A DNA stretch of 64,000 nucleotides from Dehalococcoidia bacterium. GTDB taxonomy: Bacteria > Chloroflexota > Dehalococcoidia > UBA2979. Location of the stretch: positions 64,001 through 128,000 of the forward strand of contig CAXXDN010000002.1 of the NCBI GenBank assembly GCA_963667465.2. The letters run 5' to 3'. The translations under genes and the position numbers were made by a program. How positions within the stretch are numbered: position 1 is the first letter of the stretch; the number at the start of each line of letters is the position of its first letter. Under the pieces are notes generated by a model that saw only the letters and a list, made by a program, of their open reading frames with translations, was not told the DNA's origin and did no database searches. Below are positions 56,262-64,000 of the stretch, piece after piece.

Positions 56262-56388
56262 GTTTGGGCCTCCGTCCGTGGAGCGCGGCGTGCCCTCGAT
56301 TCTACGGCCTCGGCATCGCCCGGACCCCGCGGCCCCACCGGGCTAGAATCACCGCCGTGCGGACCCGGCAGTCCGCGAGGAGGGCGCA

Positions 56389-57711
56389 GTGACCGAGGCG
56401 CAACCGGCCGAGGCGCAACGGGCGGGGCCGCTGGCGGGCACGCGGGTGCTCGACATCTCGCAGATCATCGCGGCGCCGCTGGCCGGGATGCTGCTCGCCG
56501 ACATGGGCGCCGACGTCGTCAAGGTCGAGTCGCCTCGCGGCGACCGCACGCGCCGCAGCGGCAGCATCGCGCCGGGCACCAGCAAGCGCTTCCAGTGGCT
56601 CAACCGCGGCAAGCGCAGCCTCGTGCTCGACCTCGAGCGGCCCGAGGCGCGCGAGCTGCTCTACGAGCGGCTGCTGCCGCGCTTCGGGGTGGTCATCAAC
56701 AACTTCCGGCTCAACGTCGCGCGCTCGCTCGGCATCGACTACGAGACGATCGCGGCGCACCGGCCGGACGTGATCTACGCGCGCATCACCGGCTTCGGCG
56801 CGAGCGGCCCGCTCGCCGCCGACCCGGCGATCGACCTGATCGTGCAGGCCTACTCCGGGATGATGGCCGACGAGGGCCGCCTCGACGCCGAGGGCACACC
56901 GATCGGCACGCAGTCGATGTGGGTGGCCGACCTGATCGCCGGGGTCGGGACCGCCCTCGGGGTGGTCGGGGCGGTGCACCACCGCGCGCGCACGGGCGAG
57001 GGGCAGCTCGTCGACGCCTCGCTGCTGCGCGGGGCGATGGCCGCGATCGGCAGCTCCGTGATGCGTGAGCCGGTCTCCGACGCCGTCTTCAGCGCGCCCG
57101 CCTTCGAGCGCGTGCGCGGCCTCATCGAGGACGGCGCGGGCTTCGCCGACGTGGCCGACGCCTGGGGCGAGGGCAGCCCGTTGCGCCAGCTCGGCGCCGT
57201 GCGGCGGCTCTACCAGTCCGTCTACATGGCAAAGGACGGCCCACTCGTCCTCGGCGCTACCTCGCCCGGGCACCGCGAGGCGATTCGCGGTGTCCTCGGC
57301 ACCCGCGACGAGGGCGGCGACGACCCCGACTTCGACCCGCTGGATCCGGCGCTGCTGGCGGATGTCGAGGAGCTGCGGAAGGAGCTGGCGGAGCTGATCC
57401 GCGAGCGCCCGGTTGCCGAGTGGGTCGAGACGTTCCGCGCCGCCGGCGCGCCGGTCGCGCCGATGCACTTCTCACCGCAACTCGCCGACGACCCGCAGGC
57501 GGGCCCGCTGTTCGCCGGGATCGAGGACCCGATCACGGGAGAGCAGCAGCAGCTCGCCTCGCTGTTCGAGATGTCCGCCACGCCCGTGCGGGCCGCCGGC
57601 CCCGCGCCGCCCCTCGGCCGCCACGGCGCCGAGGTGCTGCGCGAGGCGGGGCTCAGCGACGCGGAGATCGAGGCGCTGCGGGCATCGGGGGCCGTGGGCG
57701 AGGGCGCGTAG
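56389..57711 (+). CDS. CaiB/BaiF CoA-transferase (paralog of 21528)
   Basis: 'GPLAGTRVLD', 'NRGKRS'; shares an acidic insertion (DDPDFDP / DDPDYNQ) with 21528. Confidence 0.93.
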   Translation: MTEAQPAEAQRAGPLAGTRVLDISQIIAAPLAGMLLADMGADVVKVESPRGDRTRRSGSIAPGTSKRFQWLNRGKRSLVLDLERPEARELLYERLLPRFGVVINNFRLNVARSLGIDYETIAAHRPDVIYARITGFGASGPLAADPAIDLIVQAYSGMMADEGRLDAEGTPIGTQSMWVADLIAGVGTALGVVGAVHHRARTGEGQLVDASLLRGAMAAIGSSVMREPVSDAVFSAPAFERVRGLIEDGAGFADVADAWGEGSPLRQLGAVRRLYQSVYMAKDGPLVLGATSPGHREAIRGVLGTRDEGGDDPDFDPLDPALLADVEELRKELAELIRERPVAEWVETFRAAGAPVAPMHFSPQLADDPQAGPLFAGIEDPITGEQQQLASLFEMSATPVRAAGPAPPLGRHGAEVLREAGLSDAEIEALRASGAVGEGA

Positions 57712-57751
57712 TGTAGAATAGACCGGTCAAAACGACTGGTAGGAGAGAACC

Positions 57752-58003
57752 ATGCGCGAGATTCAAGCGACCGAGGCGCGGACACGGTTTGCCGAGATCC
57801 TGCGCGATGTCGAGCACGGCGAGACCGTCGCTATCACGCGCCACGGGAAGACCATCGTTCACATGGTCCCCGCTCAGGATCAGGAGCGGGCTGAGCGCGA
57901 AGAAGCGGTAAACCGATTCCTCGAGTGGCGGGCTAGTCGGGCGCCCACGGGGATGACCCGGGAGGAGATTCTCGCGGCTCGTCATGAGGGGCACCGCATG
58001 TGA
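57752..58003 (+). CDS. Phd/YefM family antitoxin
   Basis: 'IQATEARTRFAEILRDVEHGETVAITRHGK'; TAGAAT and GACCGGTC upstream. Confidence 0.92.
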   Translation: MREIQATEARTRFAEILRDVEHGETVAITRHGKTIVHMVPAQDQERAEREEAVNRFLEWRASRAPTGMTREEILAARHEGHRM

Positions 58004-58407
58004 GCCGTCTCGTTCTCGACGCTTCTGCCGCAGCGTCATGGCTCCTCGAGGATGAGTTCGATCCGGGCGCCGAAGCAGCCATCGCGCAGCTCAGCGAGGA
58101 AGGGGCTGTTGTGCCGCTGCTCTGGCACTACGAGGTGCGAAACACACTGCTGGTCGCCGAGAGACGGGGCCGTCTCGGCGGAAGTGACGCCGTTCAACTT
58201 CTGGACAAACTGACATGGTTGCCCATCGAAACGGATCGAGAGGCCGATCTGCAGGTGGCCCTCAACCTGGCACGGGACCACGGTTTGTCCTTCTACGACG
58301 CGATGTACCTGGAGCTGGGCGTGCGCCGCGGAGCGCCGCTGGCCACGCTTGATGCGGAATTGGCTCGTGCCGCCACTGCTGAGGGCCTGGACGTCTCGCC
58401 GTCGTAG
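58000..58407 (+). CDS. vapC: VapC/PIN domain toxin
   Basis: 'LVLDASAA', 'EVRN', 'FYDAMYLELG', 'LATLD'. Confidence 0.92.
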   Translation: MSRLVLDASAAASWLLEDEFDPGAEAAIAQLSEEGAVVPLLWHYEVRNTLLVAERRGRLGGSDAVQLLDKLTWLPIETDREADLQVALNLARDHGLSFYDAMYLELGVRRGAPLATLDAELARAATAEGLDVSPS

Positions 58408-58451
58408 CCGCCAGGCTGCCGGTTCTGTGTGGCCGTCGAAGGAGGAGCAGC

Positions 58452-59324
58452 ATGAAGGTCGGACTGCGGGTGCCGATGTTCGGCTGGCGGGCGACGCGGG
58501 AGCACATCGAGGCGCACGCGCGCGCCGCCGAGGCGCACGGCTTCGACTCGCTCTGGGTCTCCGACCACGTCGTGATGCCGCGGCAGCACGACAGCGAGCA
58601 CCGCGCGCCCTTCAAGGTCGATGAGGCGTTCCTCGAGCCGCTTACGACGCTGGCCTTCCTCGCCGCCGTGACCGAGCGCGTCGAGCTTGGCGTCTCCGTG
58701 CTCGTCGTGCCGATGCGCCAGCCGGTGCTGCACGCCAAGATCCTCGCCAGCCTCGACCACCTCGCCGGCGGCCGGGTGATCCTCGGAGCGGGCGTGGGCT
58801 GGGCGCGCGAGGAGTTCGAGGTGCTCTCGATGCCCTGGGACCGGCGCGGGCGGCGCACCGAGGAGATGCTGCAGCTCTACCGCGCCTTCTGGACCGGCGA
58901 GCCGGTCGACTTCGAGGGCGAGTTCCACCAGGTGGACGGCTGGATCTCGCGGCCGGTCCCGCCGCGACGGCTGCCGATCTGGATGGGCGGCAATAGCCCT
59001 CAGCAGTTCCGCCGCGCGGCCCGCTGGGGCGACGGCTGGATCTCCCGAGGCGCGGAGGCGCCGCTGCTGCGCAAGCACATCGGCATGCTCCACGACGCCG
59101 CCGAGGCCGAGGGCCGCGATCCCGCTGAACTGACGGTCGCGATCCACTCGCACGTCGTGATCACCGCCGACGGGATGGAGGCTGCCGCCGAGGGGTTGGC
59201 GGCGTTCCGCGAGATCGGCGTACAGCACGCCTTGACGACCGTCGACTTCCGCGAAACGGACCGCGTTCCCGAGCTGATCGAGCGCTTCGCTCAGGATCAC
59301 CTCGCGGAGTTGCAGCGCGACTAA
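58452..59324 (+). CDS. LLM class putative F420-dependent oxidoreductase
   Basis: 'GFDSLWVSDHVV', 'LDHLAGGRVILGAGVGW'. Confidence 0.9.
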   Translation: MKVGLRVPMFGWRATREHIEAHARAAEAHGFDSLWVSDHVVMPRQHDSEHRAPFKVDEAFLEPLTTLAFLAAVTERVELGVSVLVVPMRQPVLHAKILASLDHLAGGRVILGAGVGWAREEFEVLSMPWDRRGRRTEEMLQLYRAFWTGEPVDFEGEFHQVDGWISRPVPPRRLPIWMGGNSPQQFRRAARWGDGWISRGAEAPLLRKHIGMLHDAAEAEGRDPAELTVAIHSHVVITADGMEAAAEGLAAFREIGVQHALTTVDFRETDRVPELIERFAQDHLAELQRD

Positions 59325-59353
59325 GCGCGTGCTGTCAAAGGCGAGGGGGCGCG

Positions 59354-60061
59354 ATGGGCATCACGGTCGGCCTCGACGGTTGTCCCGGCGGCTGGATCGC
59401 CGCCGTCGTCGACGACGGACGGTTGGCTGCCATCGAGTACCGCGAGTCGGCGCGCGCCGCCCTCGAGGCGTACCCGGACGCCGAGGCGTTCGCCTTCGAC
59501 ATCCCGATCACCCTCAGCGCGGAAGGCAAGCGCGAGGCCGACAGGGCGGCCCGCGAGTTCCTCGGCGAACGACGGAACAGCGTGTTCTGGTCGCCGCTCC
59601 GCGCGGTCCTCGACGTGGACCGCAGCGCGTTCGCGACGCATCGGGAGGCGTACGCCGAGGCGCGACGGGTGTCCATGCGCGCCAGCGGAGGCGGGCAAGG
59701 CCTCTCCTCCCAGAGCTTCATGCTCGTCCCGAAAATTCGGGAGGTAGACGCCGTCGCCGCTGGGGATGCACGCGTCTACGAGGCGCATCCCGAGGTCTCG
59801 TTCACGGCGCTCGCCGGCGGACGGGCGCTGCCCTCGAAGAAGACCTGGGACGGGCTGATGGAGCGGCGTGCGCTGCTGACGGCGGCTGGCCTCGGGCTGC
59901 CCGACCTCGTCGGCGAGGCGAGCCGCCGCGGGGCGGCGGACGACATCGTGGACGCGGTGGCCTGCGCCTGGACGGCCGCGCGCATCGCCCGCGGCGAAGC
60001 CCGCTCGCTGCCCGATCCGCCTCAGCGCCTCGCGGGCCGCGAGGTGGCGATCTGGTACTGA
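59354..60061 (+). CDS. DUF429 family (RNase H-like) protein
   Basis: 'VGLDGCPGGW', 'DIPI', 'EAHPEVSF', 'DDIVDA', ends IWY. Confidence 0.88.
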   Translation: MGITVGLDGCPGGWIAAVVDDGRLAAIEYRESARAALEAYPDAEAFAFDIPITLSAEGKREADRAAREFLGERRNSVFWSPLRAVLDVDRSAFATHREAYAEARRVSMRASGGGQGLSSQSFMLVPKIREVDAVAAGDARVYEAHPEVSFTALAGGRALPSKKTWDGLMERRALLTAAGLGLPDLVGEASRRGAADDIVDAVACAWTAARIARGEARSLPDPPQRLAGREVAIWY

Positions 60062-60073
60062 GCCCCGCACTCC

Positions 60074-61027
60074 TCAGTAGGCGCCCTGCGTCTCGAAGAC
60101 CCGGCGCGGGTTGGTGACGAGCAGCTGCTCGAGGTGGGCCTCGCTGATTCCGGCATCGAGCATGGCGGGCGCGATCACGTCCGGGATGTAGGTCGAGGTC
60201 CAGTTCGGGTTGGCCTGGCGCAGCGCCTGCACCTGCCCCCAGTGGATGCAGCACATGCTGTCGTGCGAGAGCACGATGCGATCCGCGTAGCCGTCCGCGC
60301 AGAGCTCGGCGATCACCTCGATGCGGCCCTGCGAGTCGTGCCAGTCCGGGCTGCCGATCTCGATGCCGAAGTTGTCGATGCCGATCAGGCTGCCGGCGTC
60401 CATCAGCTGGCGGTAGAAGTCCGGCGTCGGCTCGTTGCCCTGGTGCCCGATGATCGTGCGCGAGAGGTCCACTCCCTCCTCGCGGAAGATGCGCTGCTGC
60501 TCCAGGCCGAACGCCTGCGGCATCGCGTGCGTCGTGATCGGCACGCCGCTGCGGCGGTGGGCGCGCGCCCCGGCCCGCAGCACGGCCTCGTTCACCTCGT
60601 CGAGCGTCATGTGTGAGGCGAGCTTGATGATGCCCGCGCGCACCGCGCTATCACCGATGCCCTGCTCGATCTCGCGCACGAAGGCGTCGGCCATGTCGTC
60701 CGGGTCGCGGCCGTGCCAGTAGAGCGGGACGTTCCAGTACATCCCCGTCGCCACGATGATGTTCACATCCGTCGAGGCCTGCACCTGCTCGATCAGCGCG
60801 ATGTCGCGCCCGAGGTTGGCCGGTGTCACATCGACGACGGTCCCGACGCCGCGCTCGTCGAGCTGGGCGAAGCGCGTGGTCGCGGCCTCGAGGCAAGCCG
60901 GGGCATCGTTGAGTTCGGGCCAGTTCGCGAAGACGTCCGTCCCGCCGAGCGAGATGTGCTCGTGCATGAACGTGCGGCCGAGGTCGGAGGTCTCGACCGG
61001 GCCGCGGGCGGTGTTGACGGTGGGCAT
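60074..61027 (-). CDS. Phosphotriesterase-like amidohydrolase (paralog of 30354)
   Basis: MHEH, 'IIKLA', TTH, IGH, SHD. Confidence 0.9.
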   Translation of the reverse strand: MPTVNTARGPVETSDLGRTFMHEHISLGGTDVFANWPELNDAPACLEAATTRFAQLDERGVGTVVDVTPANLGRDIALIEQVQASTDVNIIVATGMYWNVPLYWHGRDPDDMADAFVREIEQGIGDSAVRAGIIKLASHMTLDEVNEAVLRAGARAHRRSGVPITTHAMPQAFGLEQQRIFREEGVDLSRTIIGHQGNEPTPDFYRQLMDAGSLIGIDNFGIEIGSPDWHDSQGRIEVIAELCADGYADRIVLSHDSMCCIHWGQVQALRQANPNWTSTYIPDVIAPAMLDAGISEAHLEQLLVTNPRRVFETQGAY

Positions 61028-61134
61028 CGTGTCGCTCCTCTCGCCTGTCGCGATCGCGATCCTCCCGCAGCATAGCGCCGGCGATCGGCCGTCGGGCCCG
61101 GCCCGGAAGGGAGTGCGGACCTACAATGGAGGGT

Positions 61135-61222
61135 GGAGGGGTGCCCGAGTGGCTTAAGGGAGCGGTCTTGAACACCGTCACAGCGCAAGTTGTCGTGGGT
61201 TCGAATCCCACCCCCTCCGCCA
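61135..61222 (+). tRNA. tRNA-Ser (anticodon TGA)
   Basis: Acceptor stem GGAGGGG/CCCCTCC, G73, encoded CCA; anticodon loop CT-TGA-AC; long variable arm; TTCGAAT; TACAAT -10 upstream. Confidence 0.95.
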
Positions 61223-61303
61223 CCCGCCTTCCTCGTCCGCCTCGGCGCGCTATGCTCCGCCGGACGAATTGAGGCGCGGTCGCTGTTCGCAGGAGGGCGT
61301 GCG

Positions 61304-61828
61304 ATGGCCGAGGGAGTCGATACGCTGGTCACGCCACAGATGCGCGAGGCGCTCGGCGTCTGGAGCGAGCCGTCGTGGTCGCTGCCGATCGAGACGTCCG
61401 ACATCCGCCGCTGGGCGATCGCGACCTACTACCCGGAGCAGCCGCCGCGCCTCTTCTGGGACGAGGAGTACGCGAAGACGACGCGCTGGGGCGGGATCAT
61501 CGCGCCTCCCGAGTTCAACCCCTTCGCCTGGATGATCGATACGCCGAAGGAGCGTCGGTTCTGGGACGCGGACAACAACCTGCCGCGCCCGTCACTCCCT
61601 CCCGACCCGAACCTGCCCGGTCAGCACGGCATGAACGGCGGGCAGGAGGATGTCTACGGGGTTCCGATGCGGCCCGGCGACACCATCGCGGAGACGTTCG
61701 CGCTGACGAAGTGGGACGAGCGCACGGGCCGCCTCGGCCTGACGCTGTTCACCTACACGAGCATTCGCTGGGAGAACCAGCACGGCGAGCTCGTGCGCCT
61801 GCGCACCTCGATCAACATCCGCTACTAG
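61304..61828 (+). CDS. MaoC-like (hot-dog) dehydratase N-terminal domain protein
   Basis: 'IRRWAIA...WGGIIAPP', 'NGGQE...MRPGD', 'NQHGELV'. Confidence 0.85.
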   Translation: MAEGVDTLVTPQMREALGVWSEPSWSLPIETSDIRRWAIATYYPEQPPRLFWDEEYAKTTRWGGIIAPPEFNPFAWMIDTPKERRFWDADNNLPRPSLPPDPNLPGQHGMNGGQEDVYGVPMRPGDTIAETFALTKWDERTGRLGLTLFTYTSIRWENQHGELVRLRTSINIRY

Positions 61829-61835
61829 GTTCCGG

Positions 61836-62090
61836 GCGACCCGGCTCCCCCGCACCCTTGCCCTCTCCCGCCAGGGGAGAGGGGACTGGAGGGCGCTGCG
61901 GCGACCGGGGTCCCCCTCTCCCTCGCCCTCTCCCGCCAGGGGAGAGGGGACCGGAGGGCGCTGCGACCGGGATCCCCTTCACCCGCGCCCTCTCCCGCCA
62001 GGGGAGAGGGGACTGGAGGGCGCTGCGGCGACCCGGCTCCCCCGCACCCTCGCCCTCTGCCGCCAGGGGAGAGGGGATTCGGAGGGCGCT
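61836..62090. repeat. REP-like palindromic array, 4 units
   Basis: CCCTCTCCCGCCAGGGGAGAGGG hairpins at 61861, 61926, 61988, 62053 (last with one mismatch), each followed by (a)cYggagggcgct. Confidence 0.9.
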
Positions 62091-62183
62091 CCCGCCCGGC
62101 GCGCCGCAATTCAGCGCGGCGCTGGTGTAGCATCGCCGCGGGCTTGCGTGCGGGCGCGAAGCGGCGCTTGAGGAGGCCGGCTG

Positions 62184-63158
62184 ATGGGGACGCCACCTAC
62201 CCAGGACGAGGTGCTTGGCTACTTCGATTCCCTGAGCAACTGGGGGCGCTGGGGGGATGACGACCTCCTCGGCACGCTCAACCTGATCACTCCTGAGAAG
62301 CGCAGGCAAGCCGCCTTGCTGGTGCAGGAGGGCGTCAGCGTCTCCTGCTCCCGCCAGATCCCCTACCCGGGCCCGATGGCGATGGGCGCCTCCAACCCGC
62401 TGGTCCACATGGTCCAGACCGGCGAGCGTTACGCCCTCGGCGACAACCCCGGCCATCCGCTCTTTCCCGGTGTCGAGATGCTCGAGTGGGCCGCGGAGCA
62501 CGTTGCCTTCGTCTTCCACGGCATGGTCTTCACGCACATCGACGGTCTCGCGCACGTCTTCTTCAAGGGCCAGATGTACAACGGCCGCCCCGCCGCGCTG
62601 GTCAAGGCTTCCGAGGGCGCCACGGTCCAGACCTCGGACGTAATGAAGGACGGGATTATGAGCCGCGGCGTGCTGCTCGACGTTGCCCGGGTGAAGGGCG
62701 TCACCACGCTCGAGCCCGGCGATCACGTCTTCCCCGAGGACCTCGAGGCTGCCGAGGAGGCGCAGGGCGTGCGCGTGGAGCCGGGCGACGTACTGCTGCT
62801 GCGCACCGGCCACGGCGCGGCGGTCGATGCGGCCGCAGCCTCGGGCGCGGAGCCGCCGCACGAGCACTCCGGCTACAACGCGGCCTGCCTGCCCTGGATC
62901 CGCGAGCGGGACGTCGCGCTGCTCGGCTCGGACGTGATCCAGGACGCGACACCGCCCGGCGACTTCCCAAAGACGATGCTCCCGGTGCACCAGGTCTCGC
63001 TGGTCGCGCTCGGCCTGCGCCTGATCGACAACGGCCACCTCGAGCGGCTCGCCGAGGCCTGCGCGGAGCGCAACCGCTGGGAGTTCTGCCTGACGCTGAA
63101 CCCGCTGCGCCTCGCGCAAGGGACCGGCTCGCCCGCCAACCCGATCGCGACGTTCTAG
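62184..63158 (+). CDS. Cyclase/kynurenine formamidase family (paralog of 16216)
   Basis: 'SNWGRWGDDDLLGTLNLIT', 'FTHIDG', 'GSPANPIATF'. Confidence 0.92.
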   Translation: MGTPPTQDEVLGYFDSLSNWGRWGDDDLLGTLNLITPEKRRQAALLVQEGVSVSCSRQIPYPGPMAMGASNPLVHMVQTGERYALGDNPGHPLFPGVEMLEWAAEHVAFVFHGMVFTHIDGLAHVFFKGQMYNGRPAALVKASEGATVQTSDVMKDGIMSRGVLLDVARVKGVTTLEPGDHVFPEDLEAAEEAQGVRVEPGDVLLLRTGHGAAVDAAAASGAEPPHEHSGYNAACLPWIRERDVALLGSDVIQDATPPGDFPKTMLPVHQVSLVALGLRLIDNGHLERLAEACAERNRWEFCLTLNPLRLAQGTGSPANPIATF

Positions 63159-63170
63159 CCTCGAGGCGGC

Positions 63171-64000
63171 ATGTCGCCGGAAACAGCAGCGCCCGCCCCT
63201 GAGCCGTCGGCGATCTACGCGATCGCCAGCGACTACGTCGAGCGGCTCGCAGAGCTGCACCCCAACGCCGCGACCGCGATGGGCATCCCCGGCCATGAGG
63301 AGCGGCTGACCGACTTCTCGCCCGCGGGCCACGAGGCGCGGACGGCGCTCGATCGCGAGACGCTGAGCGCCCTCGAGGCGGCGGAGCCGGAGGACGACCG
63401 CGACCGCGTCGCCCGCGAGGCGATGTCCGAGCGGCTGCGACTCGCGCTCGAACTCGCCGCCGCCGGCGAGCACTACCGGGGCCTCAACATCCTCGCCAGC
63501 CCGTTCCAGGCGACGCGGCGCGTCTTCGACCTAATGCCGCGCGCGACCGAGCAGGATTGGGCCCACATCGCCCGGCGTCTGGCGAGCGTCCCGGAGGCGT
63601 ACAGTCGCTACCGCGACACGCTGGAGGAGGGCATCCGGCGCGAGCGCGTCGCGTCGCGGCGGCAGGTCGAGGCTTGCGCCCGGCAGGCCGAGGTCTGGAG
63701 CGGCCACGGCGAGGGCGCGGCCAGCTTTTTCCACGCCCTCGCCGACGAGTTCGAACGCTCCGGCATCGAGTCGCCGGGGCTGGCGGTGGAGCTGCGCAAC
63801 GCCGCCGGAGGGGCGAGCGGCGCCTGCGCCGCCTTCGGCCGCTACCTGCGCCAGCGCTACCTCCAGCTCGCGAGGCCCCGCGACGCCGTCGGACCGGACC
63901 GCTACGCCCTCGGCGCGCGCGTCTACAACGGCGACACGTTCGACCTGCACGAGACGTACGACTGGGGCTGGGAGGAGCTGCGGCGCATCGAGGGCCGCAT
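63171..64000 (+). CDS. DUF885 family protein, 3'-truncated by window edge
   Basis: Translated by hand from ATG 63171: 'HPNAATAMGIPGHEERLTDFSP', 'LNILASPFQ', 'YDWGWEEL'. Confidence 0.82.
   Translation, partial: MSPETAAPAPEPSAIYAIASDYVERLAELHPNAATAMGIPGHEERLTDFSPAGHEARTALDRETLSALEAAEPEDDRDRVAREAMSERLRLALELAAAGEHYRGLNILASPFQATRRVFDLMPRATEQDWAHIARRLASVPEAYSRYRDTLEEGIRRERVASRRQVEACARQAEVWSGHGEGAASFFHALADEFERSGIESPGLAVELRNAAGGASGACAAFGRYLRQRYLQLARPRDAVGPDRYALGARVYNGDTFDLHETYDWGWEELRRIEGR

Noticed and set aside
61135-61222. Selenocysteine or suppressor tRNA, or a prophage attachment site
   Set aside because: Anticodon TGA reads UCA (Ser), the acceptor stem is a normal 7 bp, and no integrase or duplicated 3' end is seen
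61836-62090. Possible CRISPR array
   Set aside because: The spacers resemble each other, the repeat is a REP-type hairpin, and no cas genes are in the window

Overview
Very GC-rich (roughly 70% by eye), gene-dense bacterial DNA. The content fits Chloroflexota (Dehalococcoidia/SAR202-like), probably a sponge or other host-associated lineage; this is inference from the paralog-rich catabolic repertoire, a eukaryote-like LRR protein and many toxin-antitoxin (TA) modules. About 70 CDS are present: Dpp/Opp, Fe3+-type and Liv ABC transporters, four luciferase-like monooxygenases, three CaiB/BaiF CoA-transferases, a thiolase-like/DUF35 pair, an acyl-CoA dehydrogenase, a KstD-like flavoprotein, duplicated SDR/ketopantoate-reductase pairs, two cyclases, two phosphotriesterase-family enzymes, two divergent ClpS, argC, a Fic protein, a GGQ release-factor-like protein, five type II TA pairs, tRNA-Ser(TGA) and a REP-like array. 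The most striking region is 16.2-21.3 kb. A 1,976-bp IS1595-family element (23-bp perfect TIRs, 8-bp TSD) interrupts a secreted plant-type LRR gene. The element carries passenger genes, mirror-symmetric inward promoters built into both TIRs, and an antisense micro-ORF sharing a CATG with the transposase start. The LRR gene lies in a cassette-like series of genes separated by a repeated ~51-bp junction, and the series ends in a cyclase gene that appears to start at ATC. All coordinates and alignments were read by eye; no database searches were run.
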